Below, piece by piece: positions 39,279 through 49,850 of a stretch of DNA of 64,000 nucleotides. Origin of the DNA: an uncultured delta proteobacterium. Its GTDB lineage: Bacteria; Desulfobacterota; Zymogenia; Zymogenales; Zymogenaceae. Every line of letters begins with the position of its first letter. The stretch's first letter is position 1. Below the pieces are notes generated by a model. The model was not told the DNA's origin and made no database searches. It worked only from the letters and a program-made list of their open reading frames with translations. Made by a program: the position numbers and the translations under genes. The stretch spans positions 485,160-549,159 of the forward strand of contig CAWKCL010000006.1 in assembly GCA_963848155.1 (NCBI GenBank), in the 5' to 3' direction.

Positions 39279-39974
39279 ATGATAAGTAAACGTCTTATGG
39301 TGTTCGACAACGATTCTCAATTCGTCAGCTCCCTCATTTCCGCGCTGGGCAAGGCCTATGAGGTGGCATGGACCAAGGAGGCCGTCGGTGCGCTTGATAC
39401 GATCCGCTCCTGTAAGGCCGACGTGGCACTCGTCAATTTCGCGGTGGGTGCCGAGGAATCCTTCTCGGTCATCCGGGAATCAAAGAAATGGGGTGTTCCC
39501 TCTATCGTCGTGACGCATCTGTCCACCGAGGAGATGGCAATCGAGGCCCTCAACGCCGGCGCCGCATACTACCTCAAGAAGCCGGTTCACCTCGAGGACC
39601 TGACCGCCGCAATCGCGCGGGTCACGGGAAATCCCAATACCGAAATGGACCCCATCGACCGGGTGCGGTTCTTCCTTCTGGAGAACTACATGAAGGATAT
39701 CTCGGTCAATGACCTCTCCGACTCGGTTGGCATCCGCAGGCAGAAGATATTCTACCACTTCAAAAAGCGCTACGGAAAGGGTATCAAGTCCTACCTGCGG
39801 GACATCAGGATGCAAAAGGCCCAGGAGCTCCTCGAGACATCGAACCTGGCCATATACCGGATCGCCAAGGCCGTCGGGTACAACCACTTCGGGTATTTCT
39901 GCAGGGAATTCAAGCGGGTCTACCACTTCACGCCCAAGGAAATCAGAAGGGCGCATCACCGGCTGGCCAGCTGA
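39279..39974 (+). CDS. AraC-family transcriptional regulator with an N-terminal receiver-like domain
   Basis: The N-terminal 120 aa are CheY-like. The C-terminus has an AraC HTH (IYRIAKAVGYNHFGYFCREFKRVYHFTPKE). A 480-bp AT-rich leader lies upstream. Confidence 0.7.
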   Translation: MISKRLMVFDNDSQFVSSLISALGKAYEVAWTKEAVGALDTIRSCKADVALVNFAVGAEESFSVIRESKKWGVPSIVVTHLSTEEMAIEALNAGAAYYLKKPVHLEDLTAAIARVTGNPNTEMDPIDRVRFFLLENYMKDISVNDLSDSVGIRRQKIFYHFKKRYGKGIKSYLRDIRMQKAQELLETSNLAIYRIAKAVGYNHFGYFCREFKRVYHFTPKEIRRAHHRLAS

Positions 39975-41147
39975 CGCCCCGCCGGGCCTTCCCGGAAAAC
40001 TAAAACGGCCGCCGGTATATTTTAGCCGGTGGCCGTTGGGCGGCACGATACGGTGGGGAAAGTAAAGCGCCTCTCGGCGGAAAACGGGCCCCGGTACGGG
40101 GAGCCGCCGGGGCAAGAGAAGGCGACAGACGGCCTCACATCCCCCTTTTTTCCACTCATCCAGCCTGCAGCAGCCAACCAGGTGGCCCGGTTCTACCTCC
40201 ACCATCGGCGGAATATATTCGCAGCAGCCCTTGTCGGAGATGGAGCAGCGGGTGTGAAAGCGGCACCCGGGCGGCGGGGCGATAGCCGAGGGGATCTCGC
40301 CCCGCGCAATGGCGTGGCGCCGGCGCAGCGTGGGGTTCGGAACCGGGACCGCCGCAAGCAGCGCCCTGGTGTAGGGGTGCATCGGGTTATGGAAGACCTG
40401 GTCCACCGTCCCGATCTCGACGATAACGCCCAGGTACATCACCGCGATTCGGCTGCAGATATATTTGGCCGTGGCCAGGTCGTGCGTGACGAACAGGTAC
40501 GTCAGCTTCAGCTCTTCCTTCAGCTTGATCATCATCTCCAGGATGAGCGCCCGGACCGACACGTCGGCCATGGCGATCGGCTCATCGGCCACAACCAGCT
40601 TGGGCGAAAGGACCAGCGCCCTCGCCAGGACGACCCGCTGCTTTTGTCCTCCGGACAAAAGGTGCGGGTACCGGTTATAGATGTCTTTCACGGGCGTAAG
40701 CGCCACCCGCTGCATGACCTCCTTGACCCGCTCTTCCTGTTGTTTCTTCGTCCCGATTGACTGGATGACCAGCGAATACCCGATATTTTCCCCCACGGTC
40801 ATGCGGGGGTTGAGCGACGCGTGGGGGTCCTGGAAAACCATCTGCATATTCGGGCGGAACCGCCGCAGCGTCTCGCCCGTCATCTGGGTGATATCTTTTC
40901 CCTCGAACCTGATCTCGCCTTCCGTCGGGTCAACGAGCCGCATAATGAGCCGTCCCGTCGTTGTCTTTCCGCACCCGCTCTCGCCCGCTAGGCCCATGAC
41001 CTCGCCCTTCTCGATATCAAAGGATACGTCGTCCACGGCCCTGACGTAGCGCTTCTTGGGCGTAAACAGGCCCTCGATAAGTCCCCCATGGGTCGGGAAA
41101 TATTTCTTAAGATTCTTAACGCTCACGAGCGTCTCGCGTTCAGGCAT
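39480..41147 (-). CDS. Oligopeptide/dipeptide ABC transporter ATP-binding protein (OppF/DppF-like). The homologous domain ends near 40150 and the ORF reads through beyond it.
   Basis: Walker A (GESGCGKTT), signature (LSGGQKQRV) and a C-terminal oligopeptide-ABC Cys/His tail (PPGCRFHTRC...GCC). The downstream 220 or so codons have no homology and overlap the convergent AraC-like gene. Confidence 0.7.
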   Translation of the reverse strand: MPERETLVSVKNLKKYFPTHGGLIEGLFTPKKRYVRAVDDVSFDIEKGEVMGLAGESGCGKTTTGRLIMRLVDPTEGEIRFEGKDITQMTGETLRRFRPNMQMVFQDPHASLNPRMTVGENIGYSLVIQSIGTKKQQEERVKEVMQRVALTPVKDIYNRYPHLLSGGQKQRVVLARALVLSPKLVVADEPIAMADVSVRALILEMMIKLKEELKLTYLFVTHDLATAKYICSRIAVMYLGVIVEIGTVDQVFHNPMHPYTRALLAAVPVPNPTLRRRHAIARGEIPSAIAPPPGCRFHTRCSISDKGCCEYIPPMVEVEPGHLVGCCRLDEWKKGGCEAVCRLLLPRRLPVPGPVFRREALYFPHRIVPPNGHRLKYTGGRFSFPGRPGGASAGQPVMRPSDFLGREVVDPLEFPAEIPEVVVPDGLGDPVYGQVRCLEELLGLLHPDVPQVGLDTLSVALFEVVEYLLPADANRVGEVIDRDILHVVLQKEEPHPVDGVHFGIGISRDPRDCGGQVLEVNRLLEVVCGAGVEGLDCHLLGGQMRHDDRGNTPFL

Positions 41148-42115
41148 TATTTTCCCCCCCCATAGAGGAAACATTCCACCCTCCGTCCGCCGGTGGTAAT
41201 ATCGTTGGGTAATTTCCTGTCGCAGATCTTCATCCTGCTGGGGCAGCGGGGGTGGAACGGACAGCCCGGCGGGAGATCCGTCAGGTCGGGCGGTGAGCCG
41301 GGCATCGTGTAGAGGTGCATCTGGTCCACCTCTATGTTCGGGATCGACGAGAGGAGGCCCCTCGTGTAGGGGTGCAGCGGGTTGCCGAACAGGTCCATCA
41401 CGTCGGCCTCCTCGACGAGCCTGCCGGCGTACATGACCGCCACGCGGTCCGCCAGCTGCGCCACGATCCCCATGTTGTGGGTGATGAGGAGAATCGTCAG
41501 GTTATATTCCTTCTGAAGGCTCTTGAGCAGGTCGAGGAAGTGGGCCTCGACGATCACGTCCAGCGAGTTGGTCGGCTCGTCGGCGATTATCAGCCGCGGG
41601 TTGAGGATGAGGGCAAGCCCGATCATGATCCGCTGCCGCATCCCGCCCGACAGCTCGTGGGGGAACTCGTTGAGGCGCGAAGGGGAGATGCCGAGGTGCT
41701 CCACCAGCGAATTGACCCGGGCCATGGCGGCCTTTTTGCTCACGCCGTTTTCGTGGGCGCGGATCGTCTCGAGGAAATGCCGGTCGAGCCGTATCAGGGG
41801 GTTGAGCGAGGTCATCGGGTCCTGGAAGACCATGGACACCTTCGGCCCGCGGACCTTCCTCATCTCGGATTCGTTTTTGTCTATCAGGTTTTCTCCGTCA
41901 AGGACGATATCCCCCGATACGATCTGTCCCGGCGGACGCATGAGCTTGAGGATGGCCAGGCCCAGCGTTGATTTCCCGCAGCCGCTTTCCCCCACCAGCC
42001 CCACGACGCCGCCCCGCGGAAGGGAAAGATCGACGCTGTCTACGGCCCTGACGATGCCCGTCGAGGTCGGGTAATGGATTGAGAGCCCCTTGATAGTCAG
42101 GATGGCGTCGTCCAC
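41147..42115 (-). CDS. Oligopeptide/dipeptide ABC transporter ATP-binding protein (OppD/DppD-like)
   Basis: Walker A (GESGCGKST), signature (LSGGMRQR) and a C-terminal PPGCPFHPRCP motif. Confidence 0.85.
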   Translation of the reverse strand: MDDAILTIKGLSIHYPTSTGIVRAVDSVDLSLPRGGVVGLVGESGCGKSTLGLAILKLMRPPGQIVSGDIVLDGENLIDKNESEMRKVRGPKVSMVFQDPMTSLNPLIRLDRHFLETIRAHENGVSKKAAMARVNSLVEHLGISPSRLNEFPHELSGGMRQRIMIGLALILNPRLIIADEPTNSLDVIVEAHFLDLLKSLQKEYNLTILLITHNMGIVAQLADRVAVMYAGRLVEEADVMDLFGNPLHPYTRGLLSSIPNIEVDQMHLYTMPGSPPDLTDLPPGCPFHPRCPSRMKICDRKLPNDITTGGRRVECFLYGGGK

Positions 42116-42991
42116 TCATTTCTCCTTGAGGCGGGGGTTGAGGATCTCGTTGAGCCCCTCGCCGATCATCGTAAATGAGAGGGCAACCAGGGTAATCATA
42201 AGGCCGGGGAACGTAACGATCCACCACATGCCGCTGGGCACGAATACCTTCCCCTTTGACAGGTCGATCCCCCAGTCCGGGAGGTCCGGGGGAAGGCCTA
42301 AACCCAGGTATGACAGGCCCGCCTCGGTAAGGATGGCGTCGGCCACGTTGAGCGAAAAGATGACCACAACCGAGGCGATCACGTTGGGAAAGACGTATTT
42401 TCTCATAATGGTGATAGGTTTTGCCCCGATGGACCGGGCGGCCTCCACGTAGAGCTCCTGCTTGACGGAAAGCACCTGGCCGCGAACGATACGAAAATAG
42501 GTCGGGACGTAGATCACCGCGATGGCGATTGAGATGTTCATGACCCCGGGGCCGAGCATTGCCGCCATGGCGATGGCCAGTATCAGCCCCGGAAAGGAGT
42601 ATATCGAGTCCATGATCAGTGAAAGGGTGCGGTCCAGCTTTCCGCCGTAATAGCCGGAAAGCAGGCCGATAGGGATCCCGAAGAAGGCGGAGAATATCGA
42701 TGCCGCGATCGAGATAAGGAGCACCGTCCGGGAGCCGAAGAGGATACGTGAAAAGACGTCGAACCCGAGGTTGTTAGTCCCCATGATGAATTCAAAGCTC
42801 GGCGGCGAGAACCGCTCACCGGCTTCCTCCAGCGGACCGTACGGGGCAATCAGGGGCGCGAACACCGAGGAAAGCACGATAATGGTCAGGATTATGGCGC
42901 CGGCCACGACGATGTACCATTCGGCCTTATGTTCCCTGGCCATTTCGATGAAATAGCGGATGGGGCGTGATAAAAATCCGTACCGCATCAT
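42116..42991 (-). CDS. Peptide ABC transporter permease (OppC/DppC-like)
   Basis: Six TM segments and the EAA-like motif region. Start at MMRYG is coupled to the upstream permease stop. Confidence 0.8.
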   Translation of the reverse strand: MMRYGFLSRPIRYFIEMAREHKAEWYIVVAGAIILTIIVLSSVFAPLIAPYGPLEEAGERFSPPSFEFIMGTNNLGFDVFSRILFGSRTVLLISIAASIFSAFFGIPIGLLSGYYGGKLDRTLSLIMDSIYSFPGLILAIAMAAMLGPGVMNISIAIAVIYVPTYFRIVRGQVLSVKQELYVEAARSIGAKPITIMRKYVFPNVIASVVVIFSLNVADAILTEAGLSYLGLGLPPDLPDWGIDLSKGKVFVPSGMWWIVTFPGLMITLVALSFTMIGEGLNEILNPRLKEK

Positions 42992-44034
42992 CAGTACCTC
43001 ACCCGCGGATCGATAATCGCGTACAGGATATCGACCAGGAGCGATATTCCCATCACCAGCATCGCAATGAAAATGATCGTCCCCTGGAGGGCCGGGAAAT
43101 CGCGATAATTGACCGACTCGACCAGGAAGCTGCCCATCCCCGGCCACGAGAAGGTGGTCTCGGTCAGGACCGCCCCGGACATGAGGTACGCGAATTCGAG
43201 GCCCATCATGGTCAGGATGGGCACGAAGGCGTTCTTGAGGGCGTGTTTATAGACGACCCTCCGTTTGGGGATGCCCCGGGCATTGGCCGCCAGGACGTAG
43301 TCCTGCTTGAGGACATCGAGCATATTGGCCCGGGTGAGCCTGATAAAGATCCCGCAGAGGATAAGGCCCAGCGCGGTGGCCGGCAGCGCCAGGTGCCACA
43401 GCGCGCTTACCACCTGTTCGAAATTGAGGGTGATGATCCCGTCCAGGACGTAGAGCCCGGTAACGACGTTCGGCGATATCCGGGCGCCGATCCTGCCGGC
43501 GATCGGAAACCAGCTGGGAAACCAGCCGATCCCGACGCCCAGGAACATCTGGAGCATCAGTCCCAGCCAGAAGACCGGGATGGAATAGGTCGTGATCCCG
43601 AAGAGCCTGATCGCATAGTCGGCGGCGCTTTTCCGCTTGTGGGCCGCAAATGCCCCCGTGGCGACCCCCAGGCCCACCGCGAACAGGAGCGCAAAGATGG
43701 TCAGCTCAAGGGTCGCGGGAAAATACTGGGCTATCTTCTTGGTTACCGGCACCTTATACCAGAGCGACATTCCGAAATCGCCGTGGAGCAGCGCCGACAT
43801 ATAGTCAACGAACTGGTTGTTCGTGGAAAAGTCGATAATAGGTTTATCCAGCCCGAGCTGGTGGCGGATCTCGTCCATCGTCTCCTTGGGAGCGTGCGCC
43901 CCCAGCATCGACTTGACGGGATCGCCGGGCATAACCCTGATGATGAAAAAGACCAGGGTCAGCAGGATGAGGACCATCGGGATCGTCAGAAGGATGCGCG
44001 TCAGTATATAAGATAAGAGAGCTCTCATTGGCAA
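42991..44034 (-). CDS. Peptide ABC transporter permease (OppB/DppB-like)
   Basis: 347 aa. Typical N-terminus (YILTRILLTIPMVLIL...FFIIRVMPGDP). Confidence 0.85.
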   Translation of the reverse strand: MPMRALLSYILTRILLTIPMVLILLTLVFFIIRVMPGDPVKSMLGAHAPKETMDEIRHQLGLDKPIIDFSTNNQFVDYMSALLHGDFGMSLWYKVPVTKKIAQYFPATLELTIFALLFAVGLGVATGAFAAHKRKSAADYAIRLFGITTYSIPVFWLGLMLQMFLGVGIGWFPSWFPIAGRIGARISPNVVTGLYVLDGIITLNFEQVVSALWHLALPATALGLILCGIFIRLTRANMLDVLKQDYVLAANARGIPKRRVVYKHALKNAFVPILTMMGLEFAYLMSGAVLTETTFSWPGMGSFLVESVNYRDFPALQGTIIFIAMLVMGISLLVDILYAIIDPRVRY

Positions 44035-44101
44035 ACCGCCCGGATGAAAAAAAGGAGGGGGAAGGCGTTCGGCCTTCCCCCCCTGTAGATCATGCTGTCA
44101 G

Positions 44102-45667
44102 TTATTTGCGGTAGACCACGTCGTAGTTGAAGATCATGGTCGCGCCAATGTTGATGCCCTCGATGTAGGGCTGGGTCACGAGCGTGAGCTTGCCCTGGAA
44201 AAGCGGGCAGGTCGGGACTTCTGTTGCCCAGTAGTCCTGGACTTCTTCGTAGATCTTGGTCCGGTCTTTCAGATCCGGCGTAACCTGGGCCTTCAGGAGC
44301 AGCTCGTCCATCTTGGGATCGGCATAGAAGATCCCCATGCTGTCGGAAGCGGTCGACAGGGCGAAGACCGAGGTGTAATCATCCGGGTCGATGTAGTCGG
44401 GATACCAGCCGAGGAGGAAGGCGCTCATGTTGCCTTTGTCGAAGTTCTCGTTGTAGGTGCCCCATTCGGCGCTCTTGATCTCGACCTTCATGACGCCGGT
44501 GGCTTCCAGGGCCTGCTTGAGGAGCAGGGCCACGTCGGCCTCGGTATCGCCGTAGTGGCTCGGCGAATACCACAGCTCGAAGGTGAACGGCTTGGTCTCG
44601 TCATAGCCCAGCCCCTTGAGGAGCTCTTTGGCCTTTTCGATGTTGGCGTCCCCGTACACATCCTTGAAGGAATCCTTGTGGCTCCACATCCCGATCGGGA
44701 CCATGGAGTAGAGGGGTTCAACCGTGCCGAGGAAGATCTTGTCGACGATAGAGGCGCGGTCAACGGCCGCCGCAACCGCCGCCCTCAGGATTTTCTCCTT
44801 GAAGGGGTCGCCGTTGCAGACAAAGCAGAGATACCTGATCTGGGCGCCGGATGCCTCGACGACCTTCAGGTTCGGGTTGGCTTTCAGGTCTTTGATGTCT
44901 GAAGGATTCAGGGCCTTCCACGCGATGTCGATCTCGCCCTTTTCAACGGCGAGGCGAAGCGTCGTGGCGTCCTTGTAGAACTTGATGATGATCTTGTCGT
45001 TGAGCGCTGCGTCGCCGTAGTAGTTCGGGTTCTTCACGAGAACCAGCTCCACGTCACGCACGAACTTCTCAACCATGTAGGCGCCCGCGCAGTTAAACGC
45101 GGTAGGATCGGCGATGGTCTTATCGGCAGGATAGATCTTCGGATCCACCGGCATGTACGGCGGGGTCGCGACCAGTGACGGGAAGTACGCGATCGAATCC
45201 TTGAGGACGAACTTGACGGTCAGCGGGTCGATCACTTCGACATGATCGACGAAGTCATCCACCAGCCACGACGGGTCGGACTTGGTAAGCATAACCCGGT
45301 CGATCTGGTACTTGACCGTTTCGGCCGTCAGAGGGGTGCCGTCGGAGAACTTGAGGCCCTCTCTGAGCTTGAAGGTCCACTCCTTGTTGTCCTCAGATGC
45401 GACGGGCATCTCGGCGGCCAGTCCCGGGACCAGCTCGGTCGTGCCGGGCTTGTAGGCCAGGAGCGTCTGGTAGATGTTCTGGAAGATCTCCCAGGTGTAG
45501 AAGTCGTAGGCCTCTGCCGGATCAAGCTTCGTGATCTTTTCGGTAGTGCCGATGACGATCTCACCGCCGGCGGTCTCCACGGGTTTCTTCCCACAGCCGG
45601 CGGCCCAGACGAGCCCTACGGCCAGCACGAGGATCAACCCCGCATAGAGTAATTTCCTTGATTTCAT
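44102..45667 (-). CDS. ABC transporter substrate-binding lipoprotein, family 5 (OppA/DppA-like)
   Basis: Lipobox (VWAAGC). Family 5 solute-binding-protein fold motifs. Start at MKSRKLLYAG. Confidence 0.8.
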   Translation of the reverse strand: MKSRKLLYAGLILVLAVGLVWAAGCGKKPVETAGGEIVIGTTEKITKLDPAEAYDFYTWEIFQNIYQTLLAYKPGTTELVPGLAAEMPVASEDNKEWTFKLREGLKFSDGTPLTAETVKYQIDRVMLTKSDPSWLVDDFVDHVEVIDPLTVKFVLKDSIAYFPSLVATPPYMPVDPKIYPADKTIADPTAFNCAGAYMVEKFVRDVELVLVKNPNYYGDAALNDKIIIKFYKDATTLRLAVEKGEIDIAWKALNPSDIKDLKANPNLKVVEASGAQIRYLCFVCNGDPFKEKILRAAVAAAVDRASIVDKIFLGTVEPLYSMVPIGMWSHKDSFKDVYGDANIEKAKELLKGLGYDETKPFTFELWYSPSHYGDTEADVALLLKQALEATGVMKVEIKSAEWGTYNENFDKGNMSAFLLGWYPDYIDPDDYTSVFALSTASDSMGIFYADPKMDELLLKAQVTPDLKDRTKIYEEVQDYWATEVPTCPLFQGKLTLVTQPYIEGINIGATMIFNYDVVYRK

Positions 45668-46086
45668 AAATCCTCCATAACTAAGGTAGTTTCTATGGTA
45701 AACACACAGAGAAAACGACAGTCGGGCGTGGTGGGTAAGCATAGCGAACGGTATGTAAGCGGTTCCTTCCCTTCGCATCTTTTACGGAGCACTTCCCTCA
45801 GGAAATAGTACAAGGTACTATACTATATAGCGTTACAATCATGATTTGTCAAATGTTTTATTACTGTTGGCCATATTTATTTAACAATCTCGGGAAAATA
45901 ACGAAAATACTTGACAAAAAAGGGGCAGATGATACGGTATTTACCCGGTAGCCCGGCGTACGCCGGATAGAGCCGCCCCGACTTGCCGGCAGATATGGAG
46001 CAAAGGAACGATGCCTGCACGGCGCCCGCTCACCCGAACCGATGCGTAACTGATCGGCAGACTAATGGCTCATTGATGGCCAATTC

Positions 46087-47547
46087 ATGGCCAATTACAT
46101 GGAGATTGACGTGACACCGACACCGCCCCCCTCCGACCCCCTCTGGAAATCCGTTTTCCTGCCGCAAACCGTCGCCCTCGTGGGAAAAACGGGCCCCGCA
46201 AAGGGCGGGTCCATGTTCCTCGACGCGCTGGTCAACCAGGGCTATTCCGGGAAGGTATATGTCATTTCCACGAACGGCGGCCCTGTCGGGGATTACGAAC
46301 CGTGCGATTCGATCGAGGCGCTGCCGGCCGGCATCGACTACGCAATCCTCTGCGTTCCGTCCCGCGAGGTGCCGGAGGCCGTGCGGCGCCTCGCGCAAAG
46401 GGGGGTCAAGGCCGCCCACGTCTTTTCCTCCGGCTTCGGCGACCTGGAAAACGACAAGGGCAGGCAGCTTGAGGCGGAGCTGAGGCGCGCGGCGCGGGAA
46501 ACGGGCGTCCGCGTGATCGGCCCCAACTGCCTGGGCGTCTATTCCCCCGCGGTGGGTATCGCCTTTCCCCCCGGCATCTTCCCCAAGGGGGTGGGCACCG
46601 TCGGGGTGGTCTCCCAGAGCGGCGGCACGACCCAGGCGCTCATCTGGTGCGGGGCGCACTATGCCTACCGGGTCAACAAGGCCGTGAGCCTGGGCAATAC
46701 CGTCGATCTCTCGGTCGAGGATTTCCTGGAATATATGATTGCCGATACCGCCGTGGAGGTTATCGCCGTCTACCTCGAGGGGTCGGCGGACACGGGCCGG
46801 TTCACGGAGCTGGTCAAACGCGGCTCGGCGGTAAAGCCTATCGTCGTCCTCAAGGTCGGGATGAGCGAGGCGGGGGCCAAGGCGGCCTCGTCGCATACCG
46901 GCATCATGGCCGGAAGCGCACGGCTATGGGACGCGGCCCTTCGCCAGGCGGGGGCTGTCCGCGTCTCGACCTTCGAGGAGCTGGTCGGGACGGTCTCCGC
47001 CTTCACCAAGCGGCGCGGCACCGTGGGCCGGCGCGTCGCGCTGGTCAACCGGGGCGGGGGCGAGGGGGTCGTCGCGGCGGACGTCCTGCCGGGCATGGGG
47101 CTTGCCGTCCCCCCCTTCGCGAAAGAGACGCAGGAGGCCCTTGCCTCCATCATACCCTCGGAGGGCACCGGCTTCATCAACCCCGTCGATTTTTCTCTGG
47201 TGGGGGGGCTGCCCGGCGTCTTCGAGAAGATGTTCGGGATCATAGACGACGACCCCGAGACCGATATTATCATATATCAGCACCAGATCGAGTTCGCCCA
47301 CCTCTTCAAGGAGGGCTATAACCAGTACCTCCTGGACGCGATGGTCAACGTCGCCGCGGGCCTAAAAAAGATGTTCATGGTGGTGATGCCGCTCTACTAT
47401 TCCGGCGACGAGTGGCTGAGGTCCTTTGTCTACCTCAACGAGCGGGGGATCTCAACCCACCCGTCGATCGAGGCGGCAGGCGCCGCGGCGCGCAACCTCG
47501 CGGCCTACGGGGAGCACAACAGGCCGGCGGGTAAGAAAAGGCGGTAA
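46087..47547 (+). CDS. ADP-forming acyl-CoA synthetase-like protein (CoA-binding domain plus succinyl-CoA-synthetase-like flavodoxin domain)
   Basis: CoA-binding Rossmann motif (VALVGKTGPAKGGSMF). NDP-forming acetyl-CoA synthetase alpha-like middle region. Confidence 0.65.
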   Translation: MANYMEIDVTPTPPPSDPLWKSVFLPQTVALVGKTGPAKGGSMFLDALVNQGYSGKVYVISTNGGPVGDYEPCDSIEALPAGIDYAILCVPSREVPEAVRRLAQRGVKAAHVFSSGFGDLENDKGRQLEAELRRAARETGVRVIGPNCLGVYSPAVGIAFPPGIFPKGVGTVGVVSQSGGTTQALIWCGAHYAYRVNKAVSLGNTVDLSVEDFLEYMIADTAVEVIAVYLEGSADTGRFTELVKRGSAVKPIVVLKVGMSEAGAKAASSHTGIMAGSARLWDAALRQAGAVRVSTFEELVGTVSAFTKRRGTVGRRVALVNRGGGEGVVAADVLPGMGLAVPPFAKETQEALASIIPSEGTGFINPVDFSLVGGLPGVFEKMFGIIDDDPETDIIIYQHQIEFAHLFKEGYNQYLLDAMVNVAAGLKKMFMVVMPLYYSGDEWLRSFVYLNERGISTHPSIEAAGAAARNLAAYGEHNRPAGKKRR

Positions 47548-47550
47548 TTT

Positions 47551-48030
47551 ATGAAGAAATCAATCCTCTCCGGCATGAGCTTCGGGTTGACCTCGGGCAT
47601 CATCACCACCCTCGGCCTGATGATGGGGCTTAGCTCAAGCACCCACTCGAAGCTCGTCGTCATCGGCGGCGTATTGACCATCGCGATAGCCGACGCCTTT
47701 TCCGACGCGCTGGGCGTTCACATCTCCGAGGAATCCGAGGACATGCACACCGAGGCCGAGATCTGGACCTCGACGATCTCGACGCTCGCCTCCAAGTTCC
47801 TGTTTGCCTCCACGTTTCTCGTCCCGGTGTTCCTGCTGGACCTCTCGTGGGCGATCGTCGTCAGCATTGCCTGGGGGGGTATCGCGCTGGGGTTCCTGAG
47901 CTTCGTCATCGCCCGGATGCAGGGCAAAAAGCCCGCCGTGGTCATCGCCGAGCACCTGACGATCGCGGCGCTGGTCATCGTCACGACGCACTTCGTGGGG
48001 GCCTGGATCGGGAGGATGTTCGGGGGGTAA
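47551..48030 (+). CDS. Small membrane protein, VIT1/CCC1-like fragment
   Basis: 159 aa with four TM helices. GxxSGxxxxLG-type N-terminal motif. Confidence 0.3.
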   Translation: MKKSILSGMSFGLTSGIITTLGLMMGLSSSTHSKLVVIGGVLTIAIADAFSDALGVHISEESEDMHTEAEIWTSTISTLASKFLFASTFLVPVFLLDLSWAIVVSIAWGGIALGFLSFVIARMQGKKPAVVIAEHLTIAALVIVTTHFVGAWIGRMFGG

Positions 48031-48887
48031 GTCTTCGCGGTTTCTTACAGCACGATCTCCCCGTGCCGCGCGCTGAATGGCACTGGAGGTTGACGGCAAG
48101 CGGCAGGCTCGCGATGTGGCAGGGGGCGATTTCGACATGGACCGCCAGCGCCGTGACCCGCCCCCCCAGGCCCATCGGCCCGATGCCAAGGTCGTTGATC
48201 TCGGTAAGCATCCGCGCCTCGAGCTGGGCGATCCGCGGCTCCGGGTTAGGCTCTCCGACCGGCCTGAGAAGCGCCCGGCGCGCCATGATCGGCGCGGTGT
48301 CAAACGTCCCCCCCAGCCCCACGCCGATAATCAGCGGCGGGCAGGCGCGGGCGCCTGCCTCGTCCACGACGGACGCGACCCGCGCAACGACGGCCTCTTC
48401 CCTGGTTGACGGGGGAAGCATCAGCAGCCGGGAGGCGTTCTCCGCCCCGCCCCCCTTGGCAAGAAACGTTATAGTCAGCTTATCTCCGGGGACATGCCGG
48501 ATATGGATGACGGCCGGCGCGTTGTCGTCCGTGTTCACGCGGGTCAGGGGGTCTGCCATGGACGTCCTGAACAGGCCGTCCCGGTAGCCCCGCCGCATTC
48601 CCTCGGTTATCGCCGATTCGAGGTCTCCCCCCCCGACGAGGGCCTCGGCCCCGATATCGGCAAAGAATATCGCCGTACCGGTATCCTGGCACAGCGGCAT
48701 CCGTTCGCGCACCGCGGTCTTGCGGTTTTCGAGGATTTCCTCTATCACGAGCCTGCCCGCCTCGGACTCTTCGCGCCCGAGCGCCCCCTCGAGCGCGGCC
48801 GTCACGTCGGCCGGCAGCTCATATTTGCCTTGACGACCAGCTGCCTGACCCGTTCGGCAATGAGGGACGCGGGAATTTGCCTCACCC
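47981..48887 (-). CDS. Fe-S hydro-lyase, class I fumarate hydratase/tartrate dehydratase alpha-type subunit, with a 1-nt A-run indel at the N-terminus
   Basis: (PLCQDTGTAIFFADIG...GGGAENASRL...IGVGLGGTFD) motifs. The N-terminus (VRQIPASLIAERVRQLVVKA) is in the adjacent frame. The C-terminal end point is uncertain. Confidence 0.65.
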
Positions 48888-49826
48888 GATCTCCCCCCTG
48901 ATCTCGTCGATCTCTTTTGCGACCGCGGCGGCGGATTCGGCGAGCATCCGCTTTTCGTCGGCGGAAAGCCCGATCTCGATGATCTGCTCGACGCCCTTTC
49001 CCGTTATCTTCACCGGGACCCCCAGGCATATCCCCGAAAAGCCGTATTCCCCCTCGAGGTATGCCGACGCCCCGGTCACCCGCCCCCGGTCAAGCAGGTA
49101 GCTTTCGGCCATCATCACGGCGGACGCCGCCGGCGATACGTAGGCGCTGCCCGTGCCGAGGAGCTTGACGATCTCGCCCCCGGCGTGCCGCGTCCTCGTT
49201 ACCAGCTCCTCGATTGTCTCGGCGGAGAGAAGCTCCGTGACCGGGATGCCGGCGACCGACGCACACCGGACCAGCGGCACCATCGTATCGCCGTGGCCGC
49301 CCAGCACCATCGCGGAAACGTCGTTTACCGATACGCCCAGGGCGTCTGCGATAAAGGCCGAAAACCGCGCGGCGTCCAGCGCGCCGGCCATCCCCACCAC
49401 GCGCGCGCGGGCAAACCCCGTCACCTCTTTTGTCACCCAGGTCATGGTATCCAGCGGGTTGGTCACGACGATGACGAAGGCCTCCGGCGCGTGTGACCGG
49501 ATTTTCTCGGCTGTCCCCTTCACGATCCCCGTGTTTACTTTTGCGAGGTCGGCCCGGCTCATCCCGGGCTTGCGGGCCAGCCCCGCCGTCACGATCACGA
49601 CGTCGGCCCCGGCAAGCGCCCCCATGTCGTTCGTCCCGCGGACCCGCGCGTCAAATCCCGCCACCGGCGCCGCCTCCATGATGTCCAGCGCCTTGCCCTC
49701 GGGCATACCGGGGACGATGTCGATCAGCGTGATGTCCCCGAGATTTTTCTGAGCGGCAAACAGCGCGCAGGAGCTGCCCACGTTTCCCGCCCCGATGATA
49801 GCGATCTTTCTTTCTCTGCGGCATTA
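48882..49826 (-). CDS. mdh: Malate dehydrogenase (LDH-like NAD-dependent)
   Basis: (GAGNVGSSCA, VVIVTAGLARKPGMSRADL, NPLDTMT, LGGHGDTMVP) motifs. An A-run indel at codons 5–7 disturbs the ATG frame. Confidence 0.85.
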
Positions 49827-49850
49827 TCCGTTATCCGAAAATAGTATGTA

